A stretch of 64,000 nucleotides of DNA from Camelus dromedarius (taxonomy: Eukaryota), in the NCBI RefSeq assembly GCF_036321535.1, contig NC_087436.1, positions 98,706,001 to 98,770,000 on the forward strand, written 5' to 3'. Positions 24,380 to 39,464 of the stretch are shown here, piece after piece (the first letter of the stretch is position 1; the number at the start of each line of letters is the position of its first letter). Made by a program: the position numbers and the translations under genes. The notes beneath the pieces were generated by a model that made no database searches, was not told the DNA's origin, and was given only the letters and a program-made list of their open reading frames with translations.

Positions 24380-25800
24380 TACACTTAATCCAATAAAAAA
24401 TAGTTACCCATTGTATTTGACACTGAAAATACAGAGGTAAAAGGATACATTTTTGCCCTCAATAGTTTATATGCTTAGAAGAAGAAAGATAAATGAATAC
24501 TGACAATAAAATTTGGCCACTTCTAAGACTGAGGTAAGCCTAGAATGCATATAAATGGGCACTAACCTAGATTAGAGGTAAACATCCTGGAGGAAATAAT
24601 ATCTGATTTCCTCTCCCTTATGTCCACTATCAAATAAAATATAAAGCTCTACTAAAATATTGAGGCAGCCTCTTTTTTCCATCTTCACTCCCAACATCCT
24701 GGTTCAACTCATCATCATTTCTTATCTGAAGCCAGTAATAACCTCCTAATCAGTCTCCCTACATTCACTCCTGCATGTCTGTTCTCCAGGCAACATCTCA
24801 AATTATGTTTTAAGAATTTATACCTGATCATGTCACACATTTGCTTAAAAGCATATAGAAAATTTTCCTCTGATCTTAAAGAACAACCTTATTTTACTTT
24901 TTATCATGGCTTATAAACTCTTGCATAATTATGCCCTTGTTTATATCTTTAGTCTAAATTCATGCTACCCTTTCTCCTGATTAATTTTTTGAGGCACTCA
25001 GCCTCTGAACATTTCTCTAATGCTCAAAGGTCTCGTTTCATCTTTGAAATATCTAGATTCTCTTGTAGTGCTTTTTCTAAAGCCTTTCCATTTTGAATTT
25101 GCTTCTCAGTCATCAAGTTTCATATTAAATATGATTTTGATTCCTAGATTACTGTTTTGAACTTTCCCAAATTGCTAAGGCATTTTGCTATACACTTCTG
25201 TGGTATTCTGTAATGTTATCTGATTTTAATAATGCTGTATTTTTGTATTTATTTTCTAATTATTGGTTTAATAAATGTTGACTCTTTAAGTCAATATTAT
25301 AAGAAGGGATATATCCCTTCTTATTGTGGATATTCTAGGAAAGTCAACATCTATTTAATCAATAGAAAATAAATATAAATAATATAGGTAATATTGTATA
25401 GTAAATATTATATATATAAAACATTTATTTATTTGTTGTGTCACCAGCACTTATTATGGTGCTTCATATATTCATGACAAATACTTAGCGAATAAATGAA
25501 TGATATGAATTCTAAAAACATGAACTAAACTGGTGAAGAGGGAAAGAAAGATGTTCAGGCAGAAGAAAAAGCTTGTATCAATGTTTCTGAAGCTCAGCAT
25601 ACATGGTCATCTACAGATAGATTTCAGAAGGCATGTGTGAAGGCAAGGTGGTAAAAATGTAGGTCTGAAGTGTTAGTAAAGGGTTCATTAATGAAGGACA
25701 CCTTATGTCATGCTGAGGAATTTGTATTTTATTCCAAAGTCAATGAGGACTTAATGACAGGTTTTATGAGTTGGTTAGTTTTGTATTTTAGATACTAAGG
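24380..25800. mobile_element. LINE-2 fragments: a plus-strand L2 (about 24620-25505) between antisense L2 pieces
   Basis: AATAACCTCCTAATCAGTCTCCCT, TGATCATGTCAC..TTTGCTTAAAA and the L2 tail GAATAAATGAATGA, with antisense L2 on both sides. Confidence 0.65.
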
Positions 25801-27030
25801 CACTAAGTGTTTAGAATGTAGCAAGATTTGAGCCATTGACTGTCATTAAAAACCAAAAGGCAAAGGATATAGCAAAGGAAAGTAGGAAGTTTAAGATTAT
25901 CCATGGTCTTCTAGATAAGAATCTCATTAGCTCAGTTTTCATTAGAATCAATTAGCTCATTTCTTCTTTTAGGAATTTAAGCATTCCAAAGTGATACAAT
26001 TATAAAACAATAGGTTTACAACTGAATTATATATATGTACATACATATGTGTATGAACAAACTTCCTTTGACCCTAAATACCCATTATCAACAGTCCTAT
26101 TGATCTCCTCCAATTAATAGTCTATTTCTTGAAATGATCCACATATTTTAATTTTGCATTTCCCCTTTGAATGGTTTCAATATGATTTCTACTTACCACT
26201 AGTGAATAGGCAGCTGTCAAGATATCAACATTACCCTTATAACAAACCCAATGAACAGTTTTAATCCTTTATCCTACTTAATCATTCAGGGTCTTTTGAA
26301 ATTCTCAGAATCTTCACCACTGGAAATGCAAATAAATATTTTGCAACAGCAGTTAATAATGAGTCATCAAAGAGAATGAAGCCACCCAAAGAAACAGAAA
26401 AATTTAAGAAGTTGGGAAAGGTCAACAGTGTCCCTGGCTATATATGCTGAATAATGACTAAAAATATGTTGGTTAATAATATGCCATTGTTGAATAATGC
26501 CAGTTAGATTCAGGGAAGCACTGGGAAAGGTAAGTGGGAGATGAGCAAGAAAATATACTCATTTTGGAAGCTCAGTTCCAGAAGGAAGGCTGATATGGGT
26601 AAGAGCTAGATATTGAGAAATATAGAGTTGATGAAATTATTTATTATAACTTGTTATTATTTCTATTAATGTCTTGTCTAACCAAGAAGAAAAGATAAGA
26701 TAGAAGATAAATAAATTATTTGAGGAAATAGAAGCCAATAGAGTCAGAGAATAAATATAGTAACAGACCATTGGTAAGAGGAGGAGTTCTGCTTCCACTG
26801 AATTCTAAGCAAGGAAACATAGCTGTAAACATGGATAGTATTTTAATGTGTAGAGGGAAGTAATGTGTCGTTTCTCACCACACTAATTTTCAAGATAAGT
26901 TGAACATGGATATATGTTCTGAGAGATGTATGGGAGTTGAACTACAAAGATTAGGGCAAAAGCTAGAAATTTTTGTGTTGAATTCAGGTTCATGCTTTTT
27001 TGCAGAGAAATGATAGTAGAGAAAATATGG

Positions 27031-27381
27031 TGTCTTAGTCTGTGTAGGCTGCTATAACAGAATGCCATAGACTGGGTAGTTTATAAACAACACTAATTTA
27101 TTGTTCACAGTCTGGAGGCTGGGGAGTCCCAGATTAAGGCGTCAGCAGATATATGTTGTCTGATGGTGTCCCACTACTGGTTCATAGACAACTGTGTTAT
27201 TGCTGTGTTGTCAGATGGTGCAAAAGGTGAAGGAGATCTCTAGGGCCTCTTTACAAGGGCACTAATCCCATTCATGAGGCCTCCACCCACAAGATTAATT
27301 ACCTCCTAAATACCCCACCTTCAAATATCAAATTTGGTATTAGGATTTAATATATGAATGTTGGGAGCATTCAGTCCCTAA
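27031..27381 (-). mobile_element. MLT1A-like MaLR solo LTR
   Basis: TGTCTTAGTCTGTGTAGGCTGCTATAACAGAATGCCATAGACTGGGT...AAGGGCACTAATCCCATTCATGAGG. Flanks TATGG/TATGA. Confidence 0.9.
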
Positions 27382-27617
27382 TATGAATTAATGTTGGAAA
27401 TGAGTTGATGAGATAAAGAAGGAGGACAATAAAAGGGCTCACTTTTTTCAAAGGATAAATAAGAAAATTTTAGTTTGGTTTGAAATCAGGGATTATAGGG
27501 GAAAAGTTGGTTAGAAAAGAGAAAATATGGGAACTTATGATCAAGAGTTATGTTCTGAAGAACATAATATCTAAATTAAGCAACTTCTAGAAATGATAAG
27601 GTAGGAGGTGTTTTAGC

Positions 27618-28075
27618 TGTTGACAGCTAAAATTGTCACCCACTGTCTGGTTCTACAAGGATGAAGCCACTAGCCACTGCAGTCACTGACCTTTAACACA
27701 CCCTGAAAGTTGTTCAGGGCAGAGATCAGGAATGAGGCACACTCTGTGCTCTGGAGAAAACTGACAGAATAGGCCTTCAGATAGTGAGATCAATTTCTTG
27801 CATCTTCTCATACCTAGAAAAGCAGTGAAATTTTATCTAAACTAATTAACAGAGACATCTGCTCCTCATGACTATCAGTAACCTTCTACCAAGATGTGTG
27901 CTTTATTTCGTGTCCCTTCTACCAAAAGCATATCTATACTGACCTCCCCCTTTACCTCTTTGGAGCAGTTCCTCATAGCTATTTGAGAGGCTGTCTCCTG
28001 GCCTATAGTTCTCAGTAAGTGCCCAGTAAAACTGAACTCATAGCTTTCATGGTGTGCATTTTTTTTCAGTAGACA
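27618..28075 (+). mobile_element. ERV1-class solo LTR
   Basis: Ends TGTTGAC...GTAGACA (decayed TGTCGAC/GTCGACA inverted repeat), AGTAAA signal about 45 nt before the end, and GC-richer than its flanks. Confidence 0.75.
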
Positions 28076-31000
28076 CTATCTAGAAAAATTATGTTGAAAT
28101 TGAGGTCAATCAATTCCTATATTTTATAGAACGTTGTCTATTTCTACTGCAGAGGTTTGTCATTTTATAAATGTAATAAATATACAATAACTTCTCATTT
28201 GATAATGTGGCCAGATGTTTTGGTAACATTCTTTGGATAACACAGGTCAACATTGAAATTAAAATTACTTGGTTTTGCAAATTACTATGAATATAAATTT
28301 GAAGCATGGTATCACAGTAAAATAATATTCTTACTAAATTAAGTATTGATGGAACAAGAATGTACTTGAAGTTGGTTTTGATGTGAAAATATAATACTGA
28401 ATTAAAATCCACAGCTGTCAAATTTTACAAATGTTTTTAAACACTCACAAAATAAGTTATATATAGTATATAAATATTATATATAGTATAAAAATCTGAT
28501 ATAGAAAACAAAAAAAAAAACTATTCAGAGTGGCAATTAGCAATTTTACTATTGACTATTTATCAATTAAAAATGTTTGGCCTTTGAGGAACTACTTAGC
28601 AAATCAACAAACATGCTCTTCTATAAAATAAAAGATTTATGCAAATAAGCCTTATAAACTGAGATTACATTTCCAAAGTATTTGGGAATTGTTAATCATA
28701 GCAATAATGAATGAAATAACAACAACAACCCAGTTTTGAATTTCTCAAATAATTGGAATGATTTAAAATAACTCATGCAAAATATACTTAGAAACCTATC
28801 TTTGCAAATAAGGGAGGATATAAACAAATTAAATAATGATATGAATAAAAATGTATACAGTCTTTAATTTTGAGCCATTACATGTTTTTTAAGTACCTTA
28901 ATTTATAGAAACAATCTTCTGATGGATTTCCTGTTTTTAGTTTGATAACTTTATATTCTGCACCACATTGAAATATATATTCTTGAGAAAACTATTAGTG
29001 ACCAAATATTAGGAATAGATACATATATATATCAGAACTTTTTCTTCTTATGTTAATGTTGAGAAATCAATATAAAGAAGATTTTTATTTAATGTTTGTG
29101 TATATGGTTTTACTTTTAGAAATGTTTTCAAAAATTTATTTTAGAATATAATTATATTTAGGTTTTCCAATATACTAAAACCAATTTGCCATTTAAGAAG
29201 CAAACATTCAAAAATTACACATTTTAAGTGTTTTTACTGCTTTCATAGTCAATAGTATCTCTACATGGACAATAAATCGTATCATCACACCACTCACTGG
29301 TATACTAGAGCTATTGTATCAAAGCTTAAGGGTTAGGCAGGCTCAAACATTCTGGAACAAGACAGATGGAAGCTGGTACAAGCTTGGGGCACCAGGAAAG
29401 AGCAGATTCTGCTGTACTGACCTGTCAACAGAGACTTCCTGTTGTAACGTTACTGAGTGTTCTGGAGGCTGTCCAAGGAATGCTAGATCCCTACCACATA
29501 AGCTGAGAGCACTCACACCCAACAAAATGGAAAGAAAGTGTTATTATATTATCAACAATGTATTGAGAATGTTATCAGCCATTTGCACACATCTTACTTC
29601 AGTAGGAACAATACATTCTTGCGGCATGAACAAAGGAGTAAATAAATTGCAGAATTAACTCAGCTTGATAATTGACTAGATGTCATCTGAGCAGAAATTA
29701 GGACAATTGTGAAAGCATTAGCAGAAAAAAAAAGAAGTAATAAAGAGTTATTGGCTTGAGAATTGGGGGTATTTTATATTAACTATGTATTAACATTGTT
29801 TTGGGGAGGTATTTTTAAAGTCCTTAAATAAAAGAACATGGATAAGACTTGAAAAATTATGTGTAGATTATAGAAGAATAAGAGATAGAAATTTAGATAA
29901 GATTTAGAGAAAATTTATGTCATAAAAGTGAGTGAGAAAAATTGAGGGAGAAGGGCAACTGAAATCAGCGTAAGCTGGGATGTGGAATATATAATAAATT
30001 GCATACCTATACCATACAAATCCAGATAGTGTCTCCTCATGAGTTTAACAACTTATAAATAGCTCGTATTATTTGTAAACTAGTTCATATTACTGTTAAA
30101 TCAATTAATGGCTTAATATTTATATATTGTATTTTATTTATTTTACCCTGGCATGCATTATTTAGCCAGTTAAACTGAACTTCAACAACAATAACAACAA
30201 AACGTTCCCAATATTTAGATCTCATTTACCCATAAATATGCACCATAAAAAACGTGATTTTGTAAAACACAGAAAATATATAACAAGCTTATCATGAATT
30301 AGTATCTTATTTGGAAAGCAATTAAATCACAAATACGTGGTAATTGATTAAAAATTTTTATTTTGAATATTTTCAAGAAAGTAGAAATTTCTGCATCCTA
30401 ATGAAAACTCTTTAATGTTCTCAGAAAATATATATTTGCTCTATTTCAGAGATCTAAAATGAAAGAAAACCATTCCCTGTGGTTACGTGAAATATAAAGC
30501 CTTGCAGCCAAGTTATAGAAAGAAGGAAGAAAAATACACTAGCATATGATGTTTGTGCTAAACATGTTATTGTGCATTAATAGAAGATAGTTATTATGTA
30601 ATATAAAATTACTGTCATCAATTCAGTTTGAGGACACAATAAAACTAGCTTACATTTTATTTTGATCCATTTATGCTTTTATTTTCTCCCGTAGATGTGA
30701 GGTGGTTGGTATTCATTTCCATTTTTTTTTTTACAATTCATATTTTCAGACTCAGCAAAATCACCCAAAGTCTAATAATCAAAAGTTATGAATTTAACAA
30801 GTATTTATTTCTCTGCCAAAATTATCACTGAATGCCTAAAAAATACACCATGAAAACATTATAAATATAGTATCGTTGAAATTAACAAATAATTGTTAAA
30901 TACCTATTGTGCCCAAGAGACTTTTAAGTAGTTATTTTAGAAAAAGATGTACATGAAAGTCATTGTATGGAGTTTAAAATTTAAGGAAGTAATGAGTAAA

Positions 31001-34000
31001 TTAAAATTAACAATAATAGTTCAATAGAATTTCAAAGAAATGGTAAAGGTATTTTTTCAGAAGAAAAGAATAAAATAAAATGATTGGTTAGGTATTCAGG
31101 GGTATAGCGTTTGAAAAAACTGCTACAGTCACTGGTGGTTTAAAAATATGTTTTAGGACTTACATATTTATCAACATTCTTTTTAACTTGTACTGAAAAC
31201 ACTGTCATCAATTGGGGATACACATTTAAAGCAATGCGCAAAAATCTAATGTATATTTTCTCCAATATTTACAACTCTGAACAGTGAGTATTATTGTTGT
31301 TATTGCAAATAATGAAAGAGGAAAATGGAACATAAAGGACTTTACCAAGATCACTGCTCTTAAGTAACTAAACTGAGAATGAAAGATTTCAAAGCTCATG
31401 GTCTCCTTCTTACGTTAATATCTCTGTTTAGGACTTTCTTTTCTTAATTAAAATTAACTTTTTACTCTGACACTTAGTAAGAAAGGAACTAGAAGCTTCT
31501 GAAAATTAAGATTCAGAAAAATCTATAGATAAGGTCATCAGCGTTTTGTAAATATATATTTCTTATTATTTTCCATGATGATTATAATTGGCATTACTCT
31601 TTTGGTTTACCCTATATGATCTATTCCAAAGTTTAAAGTTTGCATAACTAAGATTTTTCAACATGTAGGTATATTTTTGGTAATTTGTTTCTAATTTTTG
31701 ACTCATAATTCACTGACAGTAAATAAAACTATTATCTGTTTAATGGTTCTATTGGATTCTTCCTACTTTAGCAACTAGTGCAGACCAAATTCCAGGGATA
31801 AGCTTTATCAAAAGAAATTATGTAACCATTCTAATCCAAACTCCATTCTACCTAATTCAAACCTGAAGCAATGTATTCTATTTGGTGAAAACTGCATGAA
31901 TAACTTAATTTTTATCTACTTCCAGGTTAGGGTTTGGGTGAATACAGAACAAGCAAAGCTTCCTTAGTTTAGCTCTCCCTAGGAAAAGATGATTGAAATC
32001 TGGAATTTGAGAACCCCATGAAGAGATCATCATCACAGGGTCTCTGTGCCACGTTTTATAAGGTATTGAATGGCAAGCACAGAAACTTGATCAAACTCAT
32101 CCTGGGTCTGGTAGGAAACAATAGGACACAGAGTAGTAATGCGTCAGATCACTGTCTCTTTGAGTGTTTTGCAACATTGTTTTTATTAGGACAGGAGGGT
32201 CAAGGCTACTTTTGCTACTTTGGATTGATGATCCATCAAGAATATTTAAGCTATTTTTTCTTTTATAATACACACCAAATTGGCCGGATTATGCAAAAGG
32301 AAATATACACTGATACGTGGTATATGTATTTTTGCATTTCTAAATTATTTTAGTAAATAGAATAATACATGTACATTTTGATTAAAAGTATCTTACTTTA
32401 TTTTTTCAGTATAGAGTGCAAAACCAGATGAGCAGACCTCATTTCCCACAAAAATTTGTTGATTATATTAAGGTGCACAGGGTGTTGTTCTATTTAGTAT
32501 TTTAATTAAAGGAATATGTCTTAGGGTTCCATTAGCTAACTTTAGAGAGTGGTAATTTAATGATGCTTTACATTATGTTCATTTTTGTATTGTTTTATGT
32601 TTAATATAATGCCAGTCTGAAACCCTATTATCAGAGTATTTTAATTATAAAAGCTAGCAATTTTCAAGAATAAAGTATATATCAACAATTCATAATACCT
32701 TCATTAACATGCCAAGAAAAACCAGTGCTATACTTCCATGCCCATAATAGTGGGAGGCATTTTTATCTGAAAACTCCATTTATTATTTCTTCTCCCTGAT
32801 TTTTAGAGGATTATATGAATACATACATAACTTTCAAAGTGGCAGAATTATACTTTTAACACCTAGGATTAATATTTCTCACTGATACTTCTTTGGAAAG
32901 TAAGTACAATGATAATGCTTCAATCTCCATCTTTGATCTAAAATACAAGTGGCATGCATCAAGTATATCAACCAAAGAAAACAGGAAAATACTATATCTT
33001 CAATAGTTCCTCAGCTGGCAATTAAATGGAGTATTAGTTGAAACATTTTCTCTAAACACACTCTCAGGTGGGTGGCCTCTGCCCAGCACTGTGCTAATAA
33101 CCTTACCCTTTTCTTGCATGCTAATATCACACTCTCATGGCTGGAGGCAAAGCCATGTTATCTCTCAGATAGGCCTTTGGTTTAAATCAGTTATTCAGAA
33201 TCAGACAAAAATAGAGTCAAGTAATATGACTGAAAAATAGTAAATTTCTAGTTCTCATGATCTGCTTATCTTTGTAATCATTTATCCTTGTGATAGTCCT
33301 TAGATTCCCCCTTTAAAAGTTGATATCCTAAAATAAGCCAATTCCAGGACCTATAAATCAAGGAATTTCAAACAAAGAGATCCCCTAGCTCTCGGCTACA
33401 CCTTTGTTTCCCAAGAATTAAGATTTCATGTCTTTCATAGATACATTTCTATTCTGTAAAACTGCCTATGACATAGAGTATTTCTTTCTGTGGGGCTATA
33501 GCCACAACAAATAAATGCTCAAATATTGCAGTATCATATGTACATATATTAAAATTTCAGTGATGCTGTAATGAACCATCATTATAAACCATACAGCTTG
33601 GGACTATCCTGTTAATAATTGGACCAAAAAAATGAATGAATTAATTAAAAATAATTAGACTGATAGGCTAGATAGATTTCAAAGTTATTGCATTCCTGAA
33701 TTTCTAAGTTCTGAAAGTAGGATAATATTTTCCTTAATGACTATTTTGATATAGTAACTAAAAATGGGTGTTTAATGTCTTTTATCCTTAAACTATACCA
33801 AGAAGTCTATGAAATTGCCCCAGCTCTTTTAACTTACCATCCTTTTCACCCAATTATAACCTATCAAGCATCAAGTTGTATTCCTTAAACTAGGCATTGA
33901 GATTAGTAAACTCAAAGTTGCTTCACTTGGCAGTGAAGCATCTTAATGGTTTTACAGACTGATTTGTTTTTTTCCTCTTAGGCTTTTTATTTCTTTCCTA

Positions 34001-34789
34001 AGGATTCTGATCATTTTAGTTTGATTTCGTTGGGACTACTTCCTAACAAGTTAAAAAAAAAATGTTGCTTTTATTGAGTTATTTTTGTTACTGTACTTTA
34101 AAAATATTCCAACCGTAATTATATAAAGTATTCCATAGGTGCTCAGTATTACCCAAAAACAAGTTAGCTTTGTTCTTTCTATTGCTTCTTTTCATCATGA
34201 CCAATTTTCAGACTGATTTTTTTGTGTAGAATAAGTCATCATAATTTTGTCTTCTTAAAATAACATACAGTAATGCCTAGATTTAAATGTTTAGCTTGTG
34301 AATAGTAACCCAGAGACTGTAATTATGTAAACTGTTCATTGATAGTTGATTGGCAGCCACTAGTTTTAATCCCAATATAACCCAAAGTGTTTTGTCACTT
34401 GAGTGTAATACTTGATGGAATAAATATCTTCCATTAACTGATTTCTTTACTTCCTTTCTTGAAATGTAAAATTTTATAGCTAATTCCCAGGAAAACCTTA
34501 AAAATGTTGTTTATGATGTATCTCATGCTTTAGGCAAAGCAAAAAACTATATTATGAAATTTGTGCTCTAGAAATATGACTCACAACACAGAAATGGTAG
34601 TGAAGTATAACAAAATATATTAAAAAGAAATGTGACTATCCTTACAAGTCAGTGATAAATCTCCAGGTTTCCAAAGTTAAAGAGAATCTATGATCCAGAG
34701 AAATGGATACAATGAGATATTGAGCTTGTGCTAAAAAAAGGCATGGGTATTAATACTTACCCATGAACAAGAAATAAGTTATCAGAGAC

Positions 34790-35000
34790 ATGTGACAATA
34801 CAGTAGGTGATTAGATAAGCTTTATTGAAACAATGACATTGGAGCTAGGATTAGATGGTAGAAAAATATCAAGAAGATATCTTAAGGAAAAAATACTACA
34901 GGCAGAAGGGAATTATATGCAAAGGTTGATATTAGATGGCAATGAAGTCATAAAAATATGAGGGCTGGGGAGATTAGCATAAGGTAAGATAAAGAAAGCC
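34790..35000 (-). mobile_element. LINE-2 fragment
   Basis: ATGACATTGGAGCTAGGATT...CAGGCAGAAGGGAAT..ATGCAAAGG. Confidence 0.55.
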
Positions 35001-35199
35001 ATTGTAAACCATTGTAAACACAGATAAATCACATCCCCAGTAAGAGATACATAAGCTTCCCTCTTACAGAATTTTGGGTGAGGAAAAAAAATTCTCTTTT
35101 AGAAATTAGCATTCTGATATAGTATTGTATGCTTAGAGTACAATTTATTTCACTAATGTGGCTTAGTAACTCCCAGATAAAATTAATTTTTAACAATGT

Positions 35200-36020
35200 C
35201 ACAAGCAGAGAGGAACTTTTGGTATGGTAGAAAAAAAATTAGAAACATTATACAGACTATAAAAACTCTCCCTAAAAAAACAATTATAAACTGGGGGGAA
35301 AAAATCTCAGAAACAAAGCAAAACAAAACAACATGTTGCAAGCATTTGGGTATTAACCAAATGAGTACCACCAACTGAGGAGCATTTAAATATGCAAAAT
35401 GACTGAACAAACAGTGGGCATCTGTGCGATTCTTTAACATTCTGCTCTCATTACTCCCAGCTTAGTCAACACAGCAGTTCTAGAAGGGCAACAGACCATG
35501 GAAGCCAACCACTCTACTCATGAAGGGTACCTGCTTGATTTGGACCAGAAAACAAATAATCATACCCAGGAATGATGTCAGTCAGAGTAACAATTTCAGT
35601 AGCGAGCAAAGAAAGAAGTCCACCAGATCAGCTAGTTGTATCCTAGTTGGGAGGAGCAATGGACCACTAAAATAGGAAAGCATGAATATATAAAAGAGAC
35701 ATCTTATAAATGAAGCAGTAACAGAGTGACTCGATAATCTCCCTACACATTACTGAGTGGATGACTGTGTGCACAGGCACAGTACAACAGAGGACCCAAA
35801 CAGTCAAGCAGTCTACATATTATTTTGGCTAATAAGGAAGCTGTGTGCATGTGCAGAGAACAGAAGAAGGGGCCCAGCAGAAAAAAAAAGTTAGGGTAAA
35901 CATGAAAACTACCTTAAATTTGAAAGCATTCCACAACCCATTCACACATCTATCAACAGAGGGTGGAAGACTTACTATCACAAGATATTTAAACATAACC
36001 TCTGAATAATCATTATTTAT
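35200..36020 (+). mobile_element. Old LINE-1 5' region (L1M-type)
   Basis: Repeated CTGTGTGCA motifs and ACACATCTATCAACAGAGGGTGGAAG, recalled from old L1M 5' ends. Confidence 0.5.
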
Positions 36021-36229
36021 TAGTTGAAATATTTCTTAATGACTCTAAGATAGGAAGAAATCTGATTAAAATGTTAATTAAACACATTTTTATTCAATTC
36101 TTCCTATTTGTCCTAAGTTCTCCTAGGCACTAAGGGTACAATAGTAAACATTACTGACAAATATTCTTCAGTCATGTAGCTTACATTTTCATGGGTATAA
36201 CAATATTTACACAACTGCCTAAAGAAAAT

Positions 36230-37250
36230 GCTGATAAAAATGTCCACAGCAAAATGAAAAATTTAAATGATAAAGATAATGTAAGCAAACAGAAAGACAA
36301 AACACAGACTGAAAAACATATAATATGCACCTAGCAACAAAGAATTTAACTCTAGAATGTATAAAACACATCAACATATCCATAGGAATAAGAAAACATG
36401 CCAATATAAAAATGGGAAAGTCTATAGAGAGAAATCTTGAATAATCAATAAACAAATGAAAGGTTCTCAAGCTAATCATTCACTTTAAAAAATGTTATTT
36501 AAAACAATCCTGAAAAATAATTTTACATCTATAGGGTTATCCAATTCAAAACGGTGGCTACCATGAAGGTGTTGGTGGAAAGTGGAAAAATAAAACACAA
36601 TATATTGTGACTATAGGCATAATTTGGGGAAAAATTGGAAATAAAGTTAAGAATGACCAAGGCTTCTGCTCAGTAATTTATTATAGAGAAACTCTTGCAC
36701 GTGTTCAGAAGAAAGTGTGTCCATTACTATCCATGGCAACACTTACACATAATTATGAACACACTAAAACAGCCTAAACATTCAATTTGCTGGTAAAAGA
36801 AAAACAAATGTGATTAGTTCATACAAAGGAATATTACACAATAATAGATAAATGGCTAGAGCTAGATGAAGTAATAATTTTCAAAAGCATCAGGTTAAAG
36901 GAGGAAAGAATGTTTCATCAAGGTAAAGAAATGCATTATTTGTTTTTTGTAAATATGCAATATGAATCCCACATATTATTTTGTATGCATATATTATATG
37001 CATACAATTTATCACAATTTATATTATACATAAGTATCAAATTTTAGAATATTCACACCAACTTGAAGATACTCGTGATAAAGTGGGAGAGGTATGTTAC
37101 GGGGACTTGGCCAAAAGCATGTTTTCACAATTAAAAAAAAAGCTGAAATTTATTAAGTCGAATTGTTGATATCTTGCAAAGCTGTGGGGCCAAAATATTA
37201 TTTTTTACATAATTTTGTACATTTATGTGTTTTTGAATAAAGTTATAATA
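36230..37250 (+). mobile_element. Highly diverged L1ME-like 3' region
   Basis: AAAATGGGAAAG, TAGAGAAACTCTTGCACGTGT and TTCATACAAAGGAATATTA. Confidence 0.65.
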
Positions 37251-37862
37251 ATTTTAATGTTAAAAATTAGTATAAAATTAAGTTAACTTTCAGTTTAAAT
37301 CTTAAAATATGATTCAGTATGTCACAGTTAATAAAAATAGCATATGAAAATAAAGCTTAAATCAGTTAAGAGGTTTTCTCTTTAAATTCTTCCATTGTCA
37401 TCCCACCAGTGCACTTCATTGTTTATTTAAGGATCAGTTACTGCTTGACAGAAACCAGGAATAAAAGAAAAATCATCTTGTATTTCTTTTCAAGAGTCCA
37501 TGAATTAGCCTGAGAAACTATAATCAAAATATAAAGAGACATCAAAAATTAAAGAACAATCATAAAAGGAAATAAACCATTTTCAAAACTAGTCCAATAT
37601 AGAAAAGATATATGATTTTTTAAAATCTAATTTATGTGTAATGTTTCCATCCTTCTTAAAAACAGCTAGAGACCTAATAAAAAACCATTGTAGTTATTTC
37701 AGCATTTGTGAACCAACTCCCTTGAACCAGCTCAACTTCCAGGGATGGAGAATGAATGCATAACTTGTAACTGCTTATGAATGTATACACACATAACTTC
37801 ATACACATACATACATGCACAGATACCTGCATATATGTACATGTGCATGTATATATTAATTT

Positions 37863-38379
37863 TGTAATAGGGAAGAACAAATCTGACTCCATGTTGGATC
37901 TTTTTTTTACTTTAACATCTGCATTCTATTCTTTTGCTACAAGTTAATAACTAAAGGGATGTTGCCTATAGATTGAAGTATACCTAACAACCCATCCCTG
38001 GGAACCCTGCCTCCCATGCCTGAGCATTAAGCTAAAATACCTTTATTTAAGTTCACAGGAAGCATCCTGACCAGGCCCACCTATAAATGACTGCAGGAAA
38101 AAGAAGTTAACACACCCCCACCAGAATCTGGCAGAACCAGGAAATATGTGCAACAATTTATCACCTCTTTTACTTTACCTCCTCACTCTCCTCCTGCTTT
38201 TGCTCTATAAAAGAAATTAAATCCAAACCCAGGCAAGATGGTTCTTTGAGACACAAGTCAACCATCTTCTTGGTTTGTTGGCTTTCTGAATAAGATCACT
38301 ATTCCTTGTTTCAACAACTCACCTCTGGATTCATTGCCCTGTCAAGCAGCAAGCAGGAGGAGCTGGGACTTGGTTACCA
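37863..38379 (+). mobile_element. ERV1-class solo LTR with perfect 4-bp TSD
   Basis: TGTAATAGGGAAGAACAAATCTGACTCCAT...GGACTTGGTTACCA, with TSD ATTT at 37859-37862 and 38380-38383. TATA box CTATAAAAG near 38205. Confidence 0.9.
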
Positions 38380-39054
38380 ATTTACTATGAAGCAACATTT
38401 CAGTAAGTCTTTTAAATTTCAAATATAGAACATTTGACAAACATAAGTATTGGTTCTTATTCAAGAACTCATTCTTGACTTTTTTGTGCTCTCAACACTG
38501 TGCTTAACCCAAAATATTACATACGCCAACACTACTTTTGTAAAATATCACATTTGGAGTGTTATTGAAACTACATTATTTTTTTATTTAGCGCTGCTAA
38601 ATTATTTTGATGACTACAAAGGTAAAATTTTCCTAGTCTATATTACAACAAAATTCTTAGGGTCTGATAATGAAAAGCATGCTGTAAAACTTAACTATAG
38701 AGAACAAACCACACAAACTATTTTGTTAATAATATACACACAAAAATATAGGTTCCAAAATTTCCCCTTTAGAGAAAATGAGGTTGATGAGTAGGGTCCT
38801 AAGAATAATAAATGTTGATTGCTACTTCTAGTAATACTAGGGCTTATGAAATCTTTGAGTATTATATACATACAGAAAAATCAGGGCAAATAGCGAATAA
38901 GGACTAATATAAGACTTTAATCCAGTATTATTATTTAGTATACTTTAAAAATATTTAATGTCACATTCTTTGGAGAATATTTCACTCTATTTGTTTAAGG
39001 GATATAATTTAGTATTTTTCCATAACAATTTTGTTTCTTAACATTAGGAAACTT

Positions 39055-39460
39055 CATGGGGCAGCCGTTCTATTATGTGCCTTTCTGAAGGTAGGGAAAC
39101 CTATCACAAGAAGGGAAGTTATCTCAGAGTCTCCAGTTGCAGGTGCTTTGAGGGTCTGCCTCAGCTTTTGTGTCATAGTGCACAACAGAATGGCTGTATC
39201 TTTCCAATGACTCAACATCATGGTGATAGAAGGTCTCAACATTTCAGACCACATGGAACTGTTTGAAAGATGTCTAAGCACTTAGTTCTCTGTTGTGCTA
39301 ATCAGGATTTTCTCACGGCTGCTCTGCTGTTGGGGACCTTCCTAGTCAATCTTCTTTCCTTCATATTCTCCTTTCACAGGGGTCAGACCTGTCTTACAGT
39401 TAGATGTCTTCCCCTACCTACTCCTACATTCTGTATCCTTTATCTTCCACAAGATAATTA
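39055..39460 (+). mobile_element. LTR16-like ERV-L LTR
   Basis: TCCTTTCACAGGGGTCAGACCTG...CTACTCCT...CCTTTATCTTCCACA resembles LTR16 3' halves. Confidence 0.55.
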
Positions 39461-39464
39461 AGTT

